DNA of 64,000 nucleotides, from assembly GCF_006345805.1 (NCBI RefSeq), contig NC_043003.1:57226001-57290000 (forward strand), given 5' to 3'. Shown one piece after another: positions 14,376 through 27,479 of this stretch. Under the pieces are notes generated by a model. It ran no database searches and had not been told where the DNA came from. It saw nothing but the letters and a program-made list of their open reading frames with translations. Every line of letters begins with the position of its first letter. Positions within the stretch are counted from its first letter, which is position 1. Origin of the DNA: Octopus sinensis (taxonomy: Eukaryota). The position numbers were made by a program, and so were the translations under genes.

Positions 14376-14620
14376 CGACGATGATGACGACGATGATGAT
14401 GATGATATTGTTTTATTAGGTTGTATAGAGTGAAAGTAATTGCGGCGATGGTGATGATCATGATCAAGATGGTGGTGATGACGATCGCCGTTTAATTTAA
14501 ATCTCGTGCCCAGAGAACATTACACCGTCACCATCGCTACCGCTACCATCATCACCACCACCATCATCACCACCACCACCACCAACATCATCACCACCAT
14601 CACTTCAATCTCTCGTAAAT
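14030..14620. repeat. (GAT)/(GAC)/(CAC)/(CAT) trinucleotide low-complexity block
   Basis: Directly visible; source of the poly-D, poly-M and poly-H pseudo-ORFs. Confidence 0.9.
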
Positions 14621-14668
14621 TTCTTTAAAACTCTTCACATATACACATACATATCTACACATATGCAC

Positions 14669-14704
<36 letters not shown>

Positions 14705-15475
14705 CTATTCATTACACACTTAATTAAATCCAGGCATATAAATACATATTAAAACGTACGTTCAAACTGTGAGATACAGAGGCAGCGCCATCTTCACGCA
14801 GCAACTATCTTTCTGCACATGTTAGCATTTCATTATTAACGATAACCTTAATATCAGCTTTATGACGTCACGGTGTGTGTATATATGTGTGCTTATGTGA
14901 GTTATAATTTAGACTTTACATGTATACTAGTATACGTATGTGCCTGAGAGGAGAAGTGGGTAGATTAGGGCGTTTATTTCTATTAACCTTGGAAACGTAG
15001 ATATATGTGGTTGTATAAAATTCATATACAGAAAGACAAGTACACACGCACACGTAGACACACGTATGCATACACACACTCACATACACATACACACCTT
15101 ACAAACAGATATGCACACTCATCCAAACATACACACGTACACCACACACACACACCATATATATATACATATATACATTCATATATATAGAATTTATACA
15201 ATATGTATCTCTATGTATATACATACGTGTGTGTGTGTGTGTGTTTATCTACACATGCATACATACACACATTGACATGCACTTGCATAGACAAAAGTAT
15301 GTAAGTATATAAGTGTGTATCTACATGGCTTATATGTGTTTCTTTATTACCCACAAGGGGCTAATTACATGGCTTATATGTGCCTATGTGTATTGATTTA
15401 TAAGCATGTATATAAATACATATGTTATATATATATATACATACATACGTATATATATATATATATACATACATA

Positions 15476-15514
<39 letters not shown>

Positions 15515-15570
15515 GATGGAGTGCCAACAACAAATATATATATATATAATATATATATATGCATATAATT

Positions 15571-15952
15571 GGTGGCTCTCCGTCGGTTGCGACGACGACT
15601 GTTCCATTTGATCCGATCAACGGAACAGCCTGCTGGTGGAATTGACGTGCAAGTGGCTGAGCACTCCACAGACGCGTATACTCTTAACGTAGTTCTCAAG
15701 GAGGTTCAGAGTAACACAGATTGTGATAAGGCTGGCCCTTTGAAATCCAGGCACAACAGAAACAGGAAGAAAAAGTAAAAGAAAGTTGTGGTGAAAGAGT
15801 ACAGCAGGGTTCGCCCCACCCCAACCCACTTGAGTCTCGTGGTGCTCTAGGTGTTTTCGCTCAATAAACACTCACAACGCACGGTCTGGGAATCGAAACC
15901 GCGATCCTAAGACCACGAGTCCGCTGCCCTAACCACTGGGCCATTGCACATC
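15571..15952 (-). mobile_element. tRNA-derived SINE whose 3' tail is shared with 57296-57602
   Basis: Minus-strand head TGGCCCAGTGGTTAGGG (A box) ... GGTTTCGATTCCC (B box). Tail TGTGGAGTGCTCAGCCACTTGCACG...AACCGACGG. Confidence 0.85.
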
Positions 15953-16127
15953 GTGTGTGTGTGTGAGTACATATATATACCGGAGTAAACACATAAATGT
16001 GAAACAAGGTGGAAAAAAGTACTCAACTACCAGGGATAGAGTAATATACTTTTAAATAATGTATATATATATATATATATATATGATAAATATATATGTA
16101 TAAATATATATGTAATATATATATGCA

Positions 16128-16168
<41 letters not shown>

Positions 16169-16924
16169 TAACTATATATGTAATATATATATATTATGCA
16201 TATATATATGTATATATATATGGTGTATGGTGTATATATATATATACGTATATATATGCGTACATGATTGCGAGTATAAGTATATTTCGGTTACAGCTCT
16301 TTTCATATAACGTTCCCTTTCAGCTGCACATCCACTTAATTATGCGCCTGTAGGCAAATTTAATCTACCGAGTATTCTGTAAAATTACACACTATATTCC
16401 CCATATGTCTTTAGTTTCTCTCCTATACAACAAAGTGAGCTGAAAATCTTAGAACAACCAAGATTATCAAGGCCTCGTAATTTTTACTTAGCATTTTTTG
16501 GTTTATTTTTATTTTTATTTTTAATTTTTTTTTATCTTTCGGGGCGGTTGGATTCTAAGTGCTCTTATAGATTGAAATGAATTAAATGCCTTCGTCGATA
16601 TTTTTGTACAATACTTGGCTTGATAAACTCAACTTATTTAAGTCTTCCAATTTCCACTTTAAAATATTTTGAAACCCTCACTTATACAAATTTCTTTTGC
16701 AGATGACCCCCCACTGGAGACGATCCCGCCAATTGTGTTGCTATATTGTAAATAAATATACAAGCAGGGATGCGTGCGCACACACACACACACACACACA
16801 CGTATATATATATATATATATATATACATCCATATATATGTATGTGTATATGTATGTGTGTGTGTGCGTATGTATGTATGTATGTATGTATGTTGAGAGA
16901 GAAAGAGGGAGAGAGACAGAAATA

Positions 16925-17755
16925 TAATTAATCAAAACAGCTGTTTGCAACATTATACTGTAAAGGAAAATTTTTGTCGTCAAGTAAAATTGAATAGGGG
17001 TATGAATAGCACCTACATTGCTAGAAATAATAGCTAAAATGCTCCACTGCTGTTATAAAACACATAACACCCCGAACACCTGTTCTTTCCGCAGCCATCA
17101 CCAGTAAGGCCTGCTCATTCAGTTCATTCTGGGTTAGCTAGCTTATCAGAAGATATATATTCACCATAAAAATCTATGGATGAGTTAGCCAATCACTAAT
17201 GTGTATACAAAAAGTTAATAAAATCAGCTGTGTGCAACGTTATACCGGTCAGTCTAAGGAATTCTCGGTTCGGTGTTCGGGGCGATTGCAGCTCCAATCA
17301 TAATATGTGTTATGTGCTTTGTAACAGCATTGAAACATTTTACCTCCAATTTCTAGCAATGCAGATGTTATTCACACCCTTAATCAAGTTTAGTTGACGA
17401 CTATAATTTTCTTTTACGGTATAATATTGCAAACAGCAGTTTTTATTAATTTCTTGTAGACACATTACCGATCTCCTAAATCATCCATAGATTTTTATGG
17501 TGAATATATAACCTCTGACAGGCGAGTTATAGCCAGAATCAACTGAAAGAGCAGGTCTCACTAAAGATGGCTGCGGAAAGAACCGAAACTGACCGGTCAG
17601 TCTATGGAATTCTCGGTTCGGTGTTCGGGGCGATTACAACCCCTATCAGAACATGTGTCATGTGCTATGTAATATCATTGGCGCATTTTAGCTCCTATTT
17701 TAAGCAATGTAGATGGTATTCACAACCTTAGTTTATTAGTTTAGTTGACGATTAT
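16925..17755. repeat. About 348-bp monomer family: one inverted copy plus about 1.5 tandem copies
   Basis: ACCGGTCAGTCTA(A/T)GGAATTCTCGGTTCGGTGTTCGGGGCGATT starts at both 17244 and 17592. 16925-17246 is the reverse complement of the same unit with an internal deletion. Confidence 0.85.
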
Positions 17756-17789
17756 AGTATATATATATATATAGTGAGAGAGAGAGAGA

Positions 17790-17883
<94 letters not shown>

Positions 17884-17884
<1 letters not shown>

Positions 17885-18295
17885 TGAGGGGGATTGAGAT
17901 ACACAATTTACGCGTAATAACCACCCCCAGCTTCCCCCACGACCTGAAACCGCACTGGCTCCCGAATCTGGCATGTGCATTCCTCACTTTGTGTCTTGGA
18001 AGGATCTTCGAACATCTCCTTGATCTTAGCCACAAGATCAGACATGATGTTTCAGACAGAGCAGTTGGTGACTTTTGCAGCCGTGCCCTACACATACAAT
18101 TACAATCAGGGGAATTAGCAGTCCAGAAATTGCTACTTCTATAGTCGTAGAAATTCTGACAACCACTTCTGACTCTTTCTGCAGTTATTGCAAGGTTCTG
18201 AATCCTGCTGCCTCACATATGACCTTCCAGCTGCAACCCTCTCCCCTAAAGGCTTGACTAGAGGCTCCGGCAGTCTCCATAGCTTTCTGAATTGA
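17884..18295 (-). mobile_element. DD37D (maT)-like transposase, 3' fragment with right terminus
   Basis: Minus-strand GRSYVRQQDSEPC, RKSQKWLSE, FWTANSPDC, LVAKIKEMFED and EAGGGYYA* across frameshifts. Confidence 0.8.
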
Positions 18296-18654
18296 GCCTA
18301 AGGCCTTGCTTTGCAGTTGTTCAATGAAATACTACAGAACGCCTCTTGCATCCTTTTTTCGCTGGCCCCAGCTTCGTAGTAACGTTGCATTGTGTAACAA
18401 GTATGAGGAACACAATTTTGTTCGGTTACATCTTCGGCAATGGATGGAGGGACTATCGATTCGTGCGACCGAGTCGTCGACTAGTACTTATCATAAACGA
18501 GGAATTTATCCTGAACATTATTAGAACTTGTATATCAAGAAGCGTAACTTCTATCATTTCTCTTCAATAAAAGTTTTCTAATATATTCAAAAGCCCACAT
18601 ATCTTACTGGAAAAAGAAAAGACTCGAATGCTTTTCAATATTGGACAAAGTCAG

Positions 18655-18845
18655 CAATTTTAGTGAAGGTAGCTAGTCAATTACGTTAACCTCGGTACGT
18701 AAATGGTCTATATTTTATCGACCTTGAAAGGAGGAAATGCAGAGTTGTCACCGGTGAAGGATTTGAACTCAGAATGTAAAGACTTGGAAGAAACGCTTCT
18801 AAACATCTTGCACGGCACTCTAACGATGCTGATGTAAACCGTCTT
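18655..18845 (-). mobile_element. tRNA-derived SINE, family C (degenerate)
   Basis: Contains TTTTATCGACCTTGAAAGG and GATTTGAACTCAGAA (B-box complement). Confidence 0.65.
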
Positions 18846-19679
18846 GAGAAAAGCAATTATATGAAGGCAATAATTATGACAGGAATTTTTTAAAAATTAG
18901 AAAAGAAGTCAAATAATTATCAGGGACATTGGGGCTGTAGAAACTCAACTAGGCAGACCTCTAGCACGGTATATGTTTCCCATCCAGACATGAAGCTTTA
19001 AACAAGAAGCAAAAATTCACGATCAAAAAAATCTTACAAAATAAGCTAAACGGTTTTAATGGCGGATGTTATCTGACTGAAAAATAAATAAGTCGAATTT
19101 TCTCTGTTGCTATGCTCAGAATTTCGTCACACCTACCGAATCGTCAAGTAATAGTTGCATTTTTGTGTTGTCTTCTTAAACATTATCATTTATTTAATTG
19201 GTGCTTCCATATCTTTGACTTTTCGTATTTTTTTTTAATTGTATTTTGCTGGTATTTTGTGATTTTTTTGTTGTTTTTTGTAAAAGCTTTTCCTATATTT
19301 GTTCATTTACCGCGGAAATCTTTTTAATACTGCTTTTTATTATATGTATACATGCGTCTATCACGCTTTATAACCAATTCTACTTACATTGTTTTCGTCT
19401 CCTTTTAAATTTTTGCTTTGGATTTCTCTTTTTTCTTTTTGGTTTTTTTTTTTTTTTGCTTTCACTGTTTCCCATATTTTTATTTACTTTCGAGCAAATA
19501 TTTTTAGCCAGATAAATCGGTAGAGGAGGAAGACGTTGATGATACTGATCATGATGTCGACAACAACGATAACGAGGAGGCGGAGGAGGAGAAAGGAAGA
19601 GAAGGAGACATGAGGAGGAAGAGAGGCTCGTGATAATGATCACGATCATGACGAGAATTATGATGATAATCACAATGTT

Positions 19680-20267
19680 ATATAATAATGGCAATTTTAG
19701 ATATAATAAAAATAATAACATTATTCTTAATAACATTCACAACAATGATAATAATGATGATGATGAAAACTAAACTAATAATAACAAGGAAGAAGAGGAA
19801 CGATAGCAATAATAATACATAATAATAAATAATAATAATAATAATAATAATAATGATGATGATGATAATAATAATAATAGTAATAATAATAATAATAATA
19901 AAATAATATAATGTGATGAATGATGATGATGATGATAATAATACATTAATAATAATGGATCAACTTTAAAAAATTAACTTTCAAGTGTGCATTTTGCATG
20001 CAGTGAACGATTTAACATTTGCACATAATGTCCACGAAACAGTTGAACAATCACCATATTGATCTCCGATCAGAGGGTTTTTTTAATTTTTTTTTTTTAG
20101 TTTCCTTTCACTCCGCTCCGAATTTAGCTAACGCAGTTTATCAATGGATCGATAGTACCTAAAACTAAAACTTTAAAAAAAAAACACCATAAATTATGTA
20201 ATGACGATTATTTAATAATAATAGTGATAATAGTAATCTTAATATCTAATATAATAATAATGAAATA

Positions 20268-20302
<35 letters not shown>

Positions 20303-20745
20303 TGATAATAATAAATAATATAATAATAATAATGATATAATAATAATAATAATTATAATAATAATAAATAATAATAATATAATAATAATAATAATAATAT
20401 ATATACTAATAATGATGATACTAATACTAATAATATCAAATAATACAAATAATAATAATAATATGAATCTAATAATATAATAATATACCCACGAGATTCC
20501 CCCCCCCCCCCCCCTCATTTAATAATGAATATTAATAATATCATAATATCATAATAAAATCAAATAATAATAATAATAATAATAATGATATAATAATAAA
20601 TAATAAATAAAATACTAATAATAATAATAATAATAATGATAATAATAATAATATAATAATATAATAATAATAATACTAATAATAATAATATAATATAATA
20701 ATATAATAATTAATAATAATAATAATAATAATGATAATAATACGA
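19680..20745. repeat. Two (AAT)n/(GAT)n microsatellite fields with a 17-bp poly-C run near 20499-20515
   Basis: Directly visible at 19680-19960 and 20200-20745. Confidence 0.9.
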
Positions 20746-21163
20746 GAGATCTCAGTTTGATACGATCGACTTTCTGATATCAAAATATGTTGTCATGATA
20801 AGATATACTGTGTAAGTATATTTGTGTGTGTCTGTTCGTATGTATACCTACTTGCATACATATATATATATATATATATAATATATATATTATATATATA
20901 TATATTATATTCATGTATATGCAAGTATATCTATATAATCGCATGCATGTATCAAACATACATATACATATATAAATGTATGTTTTGTATGTATGTACAT
21001 GTATATGTTCATATATATATATACGCGCGTGCATATCTGTAAGGTTTTATAAATGTATATGCATTTCATGTATCCATATATCAATATATATCATAAATGT
21101 ATCACCTTGTGTATATATGTGTATATATATACGGATAGATATAAAGATATGAATATATATATT

Positions 21164-21196
<33 letters not shown>

Positions 21197-22063
21197 ACAT
21201 ACATATATGTATGTATGTATTCATGTGTTTGAGTGTGTACATATATTTACACATACTCACTTATATATTTTATATAGGTATGGTTTTGGAGATAAATTTT
21301 ATGTGTTGGAAAGTGTAGGTTTATCTATGTGTGAGTGTGTTTCTGTATTTTGTGAATGTATGAACCGCACAGAAACACACACAACACACAAACACACATG
21401 CACACACACACATACACACACGCGCGCATTCACGTTTATCTATGCGAATATGAGTGCAAATGAGCATATGAGAACATGAACATATATTTCACTTCAACTC
21501 CATATTTTCACACGTACGTTCTGTTTCCTGTATTACATAAGGGATATGAATGGCATTATGTGATTCGTACTGTGGCTCATTACTTTATAATCTTGTTTTT
21601 TCCCTTTCTTTTTTTGTTTTGCTTCGTTTAACTTTCCTCAATACCGATTTCAAATTATGTTGAGGTAGATCTTACACGTCATTGATTTGGGGTGCAGAAT
21701 GACTGAAAGATTAAGAAGTTTGCTTTGCATGTATACGATTGCAGCTTCGTTCCCATTGCAGAATGTGCTATGCATTGTTCTTCAATAGCGATGCCTTAAG
21801 GATGAAAATGGAGAAACGGGACTTTTGAGCAAAAGCGTAAACTGTGTAAATTGAATCGTCAACATTGAGACAAACTGCGAAACGTTGTTTTGGCTCAAAG
21901 ATTACATTAATACTAACCTTGTTTGCAGTAAACTCAACCAATTACTTTCTAATGCAATAAATCGATAATTCGGTTGATTAAACATATGAAATTCTTAGCT
22001 ATGAAAACAAAGAAGTTCTATGTGTTATATACATACATACATACATATATATATATATATATC

Positions 22064-22109
<46 letters not shown>

Positions 22110-22111
22110 TA

Positions 22112-22270
22112 TGAGTGGGTGTGTACTAAGTAGCTTGCTTACCAACCACATGGTTCCGAGTTCAGTCCTACTGCGTGGCATCTTGGGCAAGTGTCTTCTA
22201 CAATAGCCTCGGCCGACCAAAGGCTTGTGAGTGGATTTGGTAGACGGAAACTGAAAGAACCCGTCGTATA
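22112..22270 (+). mobile_element. SINE family A, 5' half
   Basis: AGTAGCTTGCTTACCAACCACATGGTTCCGAGTTCAGTCC...CTTGGGCAAGTGTCTTCTAC. Confidence 0.85.
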
Positions 22271-22330
22271 TATGTATATATATATTATATATATATATAT
22301 TATATATATATATATTATATATATATATAT

Positions 22331-23009
22331 GCATACAAGTAGATACGTGCAACATATGATGGCCATATTTGCTTCTTTGTATATGGTGCATTGAATTACG
22401 TTCAAAATTGCGTCAACTGTCCGTGCTTATTACACAGACGGTTTCTTATTTGCGGCAAGACAAATTGTGCAATATATCCTCCATTCGCCTATATAATTCA
22501 ATTGTCAGACAGTATTTCCGCTAAGTTTTATAATACGTAATTCCACATCCAACAATGTTAAGCAAGAACTTCAATTCACATAACTTATTATGGAGCATTA
22601 ATAAGCCGCAAACATGATTTGACTCTACAGCAAGCTAATGCTAAAACAAAATAAAGAAATAATTCAAAACTATAATTGTTTTGGTTACAATCTCACGGAA
22701 TTAGTCGTATAATGGATTTACGTATTTATGTCAAAGATACATATTTATAGAAATGTGAAATTTTATACGCAGGGGATTTTATATAAATTAAATTATATAA
22801 GAAATTGCATTAGTTTGCATGCCTTCGAATTTCATATGTTCTAAAAGCAACAAGTTTTATCGTTAAACATTCGTTATATGTTTGTATGTGCGTGTATGAG
22901 TGTCTGTGTGTGCGTGTGTGTGTGTGTGTATGTATGTATTGTATGTATGTAAGTATGTATGTATGTATGTATGTGTGTGTGTGTTTGTATGTATGTATGT
23001 ATGTAAGTA

Positions 23010-23045
<36 letters not shown>

Positions 23046-23700
23046 ATATATATATATTATATATATGCATACAAGTAGATACGTGCAACATATGATGGCC
23101 ATATTTGCTTCTTTGTATATGGTGCATTGAATTACGTTCAAAATTGCGTCAACTGTCCGTGCTTATTACACAGACGGTTTCTTATTTGCGGCAAGACAAA
23201 TTGTGCAATATATCCTCCATTCGCCTATATAATTCAATTGTCAGACAGTATTTCCGCTAGTTTTTATAATACGTATTCCACATCCAACAATGTTAAGCAA
23301 GAACTTCAATTCACATAACTTATTATGGAGCATTAATAAGCCGCAACATGATTTGACTCTACAGCAAGCTAATGCTAAAACAAAATAAAGAAATAATTCA
23401 AAACTATAATTGTTTTGGTTACAATCTCACGGAATTAGTCGTATAATGGATTTACGTATTTATGTCAAAGATACATATTTATAGAATGTGAAATTTTATA
23501 CGCAGGGGATTTTATATAAATTAAATTATATAAGAAATTGCATTAGTTTGCATGCCTTCGAATTTCATATGTTCTAAAAGCAACAAGTTTTATTATCGTT
23601 AAACATTCGTTATATGTTTGTATGTGCGTGTATGAGTGTCTGTGTGTGCGTGTGTGTGTGTGTATGTATGTATTGTAGGTATGTAATGTATGTATGTAAG
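22331..23700. repeat. Near-identical tandem duplication, period 736 bp
   Basis: GCATACAAGTAGATACG starts at 22331 and 23067. The unique parts differ almost only by small indels. Confidence 0.9.
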
Positions 23701-23887
23701 TTGTATGTGTGTGTGTGTTTGTATGTATTTGTTGTAGTATGTATGTATATATAATATATATAATATATATAATATAATATATATATATATATTAATAAAT
23801 TATAGGGTAGCAAAAAATTCTAGAAAAAAATTTCCGCTACAGCGGTCAAGTGAGAAAGTAAAAATAGTCAATAGACTATATATATAC

Positions 23888-24155
23888 ATTCAAACATGTA
23901 AGGGATGGCCATAATAGGACATCCGACTCACTAGAAGAGCAGTTAAGCTCCAAACCACTAATAGTTTGTATTCTGAAATGGAAAGAGAAATAAAAACGTT
24001 TACCCTCTCCTTTCTGACTATGCATAGTCCAGAAGGAGAGGGTAAACGTTTTTATTTCTCTTTCCATTCAGAATGACAACTATTAGTGGTTTGGAGCTTA
24101 ACTGCTCTTTCTAGTGAGTCGGATGTCCTATTATGGCCATCCCTTATATGTTTGA

Positions 24156-24157
<2 letters not shown>
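23888..24157. repeat. Spacerless near-perfect palindrome, about 135-bp arms
   Basis: Centre GACTATG|CATAGTC at 24016-24029. The arms differ mostly by 1-bp indels. Confidence 0.9.
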
Positions 24158-24198
<41 letters not shown>

Positions 24199-24207
24199 CG
24201 TGTGTGT

Positions 24208-24540
24208 GAAGACGCATGGTTCAGTATTCAGAGCGTCGTGCTTACGATCGTGAGGTTGTGAGTTCGAATCCCGGACCGGGCTACGTGTTGTGTTCTTGAG
24301 CAAGATACTTTATTTCACGTTGCTCCAGTTCACTCAGCTGTAGAAATGAGTTGCGACGTCACAGGTACCAAATTGTATCGGCCCTTGCCTTTCCTTTGGA
24401 TAACACTGGTGGCGTGGAGAGGGGAGGCCGGTATGCATGGGTGACTGTTGGTCTTCCATAAACAACCTTGCCCGGACTTGTGCCCAGGAGTGTAACTTTC
24501 TAGGTGCAATCCCATGGTCAGTCATGACCGAAGGAGTTCT
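24208..24540 (+). mobile_element. tRNA-derived SINE, family B, near full length
   Basis: A-box-like TGGTTCAGTATT, B box GAGTTCGAATCCC, then CORE-like TTGTGTTCTTGAGCAAGATACTTTATTTCAC. Confidence 0.9.
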
Positions 24541-24552
24541 CAGCATATATAT

Positions 24553-24621
<69 letters not shown>

Positions 24622-24701
24622 ATGTATGTATGCCTGTATATATTATGAAAATTATAAGAGATACCACCATGTTTGATATAGCAGTCAAAGCCTTACTCTA
24701 A

Positions 24702-24793
24702 AGCCACATATAGTATTCAACACAGCACAAGGTGGGAGGTCAAATAGACAAATGACCTTTCAGTTTGTGCTGCATTGAATAATTGATGTGGCT
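24702..24793 (+). ncRNA. Candidate pre-miRNA-like hairpin
   Basis: CAGCACAAGGTGGGAGGTCA pairs with TGACCTTTCAGTTTGTGCTG at 19 of 20 positions (3 G-U) around a 10-nt loop, plus a lower stem. Confidence 0.35.
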
Positions 24794-24952
24794 ATAGAGT
24801 CAGGTTTTGACTCCTATTCCAAGCATGAGGATATCCTTATTTATGATTTTTATAATTATTATAACCTATAAGGTTTTATTTTTCCATGCTGCTACTTGAT
24901 TTGATCGTTATTTAAATTAACGATTTTATCCTTATTTATTTAGAAATTATAT

Positions 24953-25385
24953 AGGCGCAAGCGTGCTATGTGTAAAACATTTGCTTCTCAAGCACGTGTT
25001 TGCAGATTCTGCACCGGATCGTGACACCTTGGGTAACTGCCCTCTGCTCTAACTTCGGCTTGACCAAACACTTCTGAGTGGATGTGGTTGACGGAAACCG
25101 AAAGAAGCCTTTCTAATATGCACATCCGTGTGTGATTGTGTGCGTGTGTGTGTGTATATGTGTGTGAGAGTGTTGTCTTTGTGTGTATTTTTGGTCTTCA
25201 CAATCGCTTGACAAGCGGTGCTGATGTGTTTACATTCCTGTGACGTACCGGTTCGGTATATAAGACAGGAAGAATAAGGACCAGGCTTAAGAAAAATAAT
25301 TAGTAGCATCGAATCATTCGACTAAAATTCTATATGTTGGTGCCCCAGTATGGCCTCAGTCTAGTAACTTAAACAACAGCAACAT
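24953..25385 (+). mobile_element. Old, diverged SINE family A-like copy
   Basis: Recognisable ACCTTGGGTAAC, GACGGAAACCGAAAGAAGCC, CCGGTTCGG and tail GGTGCCCCAGTATGGCC. Confidence 0.65.
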
Positions 25386-25627
25386 GAAAGATAAATAATA
25401 TACGAACATGCTTGCAAAGTGATTTTTCACAAAGTGACCGTGTATAACATTTCCATGACAAAGCACTGGTCAACAGAGGCTTTGGCAAAAGATATTTGCT
25501 TAAATGGAAAAGTCTTACAGTTTGAGCGAACATATTCATTTATGTAGGACCTTTAGCACTAATCATTATTCCATTTCTTAAATGTTGATTTTTAAGTATT
25601 TATGTATATATATATATATATATATAT

Positions 25628-25925
25628 CCTTAAAAATTTTTCAGACCGAAAGCTGCGGTCATACTGGGGCACCACCGTTGATTGTGCTACACTAGTACGT
25701 GATACGCCCCCTGATACGTGGCACTTGGTCAACAGGGAATTCGACACCGCTGCCCGCATCTGTGTTTCCTGCCGAGAGGGAGGTTCATTTGGAACCCCTG
25801 ATAAGAAGAGATCGAGCTTAGTTTTAAAGAAACCCACAACCACACCATGCATGTCTTTCGGGCATTTAGGAAGGATATTGAAGAGCTGTGGTCCCCTGAA
25901 ACCCAAGCTGTTGTAGTATCTGGTC
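25628..25925 (-). mobile_element. CR1/L2-group LINE 3' end (5'-truncated), ending at (TA)n
   Basis: LGFRGPQLFNILPKCPKDMHGVVVGFFKTKLDLFLSGVPNEP...RAAVSNSL is a typical CR1-group ORF2 C-terminus. Confidence 0.8.
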
Positions 25926-26149
25926 CTATATATTCATAATATTGTTTTAGATATTTTTTTTGCTAATAATTGTGGCTGTTATACAGCAGTTTTGGTGTTA
26001 GAAACTGTAAACGGAAGCTCTAGTAAATTTCGACTGAAATAATTATTTGACGAATGTATAATCAAAATGTGGCAGTCCATAAGGTTTTATAGATAATATT
26101 GATTCGTACAAGATTAATACAAACCCCTGCTGTATACTTTAATAAAAAC

Positions 26150-26290
26150 TCAGTGATGTTATTAGGAAAGATCATTAAATTCATACCTCACAAAGAAATC
26201 TTTAATAAGTCATCTCCTCAGTACAATAATATTTTAGCAAGTAGCGGGTACACTGCACGCCAACACACCCACTTCGGATCCTAAGAAGAC
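26150..26290 (+). mobile_element. Possible Penelope-like RT C-terminal fragment
   Basis: HKEIFNKSSPQYNNILASSGY resembles the PLE RT motif EIFNKAAPYYNNALKASGY (recalled consensus). Confidence 0.45.
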
Positions 26291-26580
26291 TTGTATATAA
26301 AAAAAGTATATTCGTAAGTGTGCGTGTGTATGTGTGTGTGTATGTATATGTGTGTGTGTGTGAGTGTGTGGTATATGCCATGATTGGCTTTTTTTCCCAA
26401 AGCTGTTATATAGCAGTAACGTGTTGATAATAATACCGATTGATGAAATCGGCTGAAATGGATCTATAACACAGTATTATATAAATATTACAGTGTAAAT
26501 GTGTTTGTGTTTGTGTATACATATATATACTTATACACAGACACACACACACACACACAAACACATACACACACAAATAC

Positions 26581-26645
<65 letters not shown>

Positions 26646-27479
26646 CTATTTCAAAGATATGGTTTCCTTTCATCGTTGGAAAAGACTTGAGATCAATTTC
26701 TAATCCTCTTCAAAGCTCAAAGAAATTCTATATGGCACATGCATTCTGTCTTATCTTTTAATGCCTCCATTCATTGAACTGCTGCCATGCTGGGTCACCA
26801 CTTCAAGGATTTTTCCTTCTTCTTTTTTTGTCTTCTTTTAGTTGATCATATTGAACCCAGAACTTATTTCAGTTCCATACTTTTTTTATCGATATCTATT
26901 AATCGAATGGGTGAGTTATCTTGCGGCGTAAATAGACCAAACACGACGTACCGAATCGGCAGTGTACAGAGAGAAATCTACACACATGCACACGCGCACA
27001 CGCGCACGCACATCCACACACACGCACACACAAGCACGCTCACACACACACGAAGCATCCTCATTTTTCAGGTATCACATTGTATCCTTTAAATAACAAA
27101 AGACATATTTAATCATATAGTCCGGTACCCACTGTATCAACCAAATATTTGTGTGATATTCCCTGCTGGAACTATCTTTAATTTCTTTTTTTAGATATAA
27201 ATTAATATGATTTTGTCATAAAATGTTTTTGAGGCCTGTGTTCATGGATTCAGTGCAGCTTTGGCATATCTTAGTTTCCTGCAAGTACTGCTTAAGGACA
27301 AAGTATGAAGGTTGGACGGAGGGATCCTTTAAGATCAGGCTAAATAACCATTTTTAGGATTCCCAAAAGTCGCAACGTCTCAACCAGCTGTGTATGGAGA
27401 AATCTGTGTATGGTGTCAGCTGTGTATGGTGCCAGCTGTGTATGGTGCCAAAAGAAATAAGGGAACAGAATTAACTAGA

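Noticed and set aside
14029-14433. Poly-T/poly-M/poly-D 134-aa ORF resembling an acidic biomineralisation protein
   Set aside because: All frames are explained by GAT/GAC repeats, with no splice or signal-peptide support.
14780-14875. CGCCATCTT (YY1-like) and TGACGTCA (CRE)
   Set aside because: Isolated short motifs with no promoter context.
16703-16745. Strong acceptor TTTCTTTTGCAG with a possible short exon
   Set aside because: Weak donor and no recognisable peptide in any frame.
18306-18570. Two overlapping non-repetitive ORFs of about 73 aa
   Set aside because: No motif or splice support; adjacent to a transposon fragment.
24208-24285. tRNA-like sequence with A and B boxes
   Set aside because: It continues into a SINE core and tail and has no proper acceptor stem, so it is a SINE head rather than a tRNA gene. 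The same applies to the other SINE heads.
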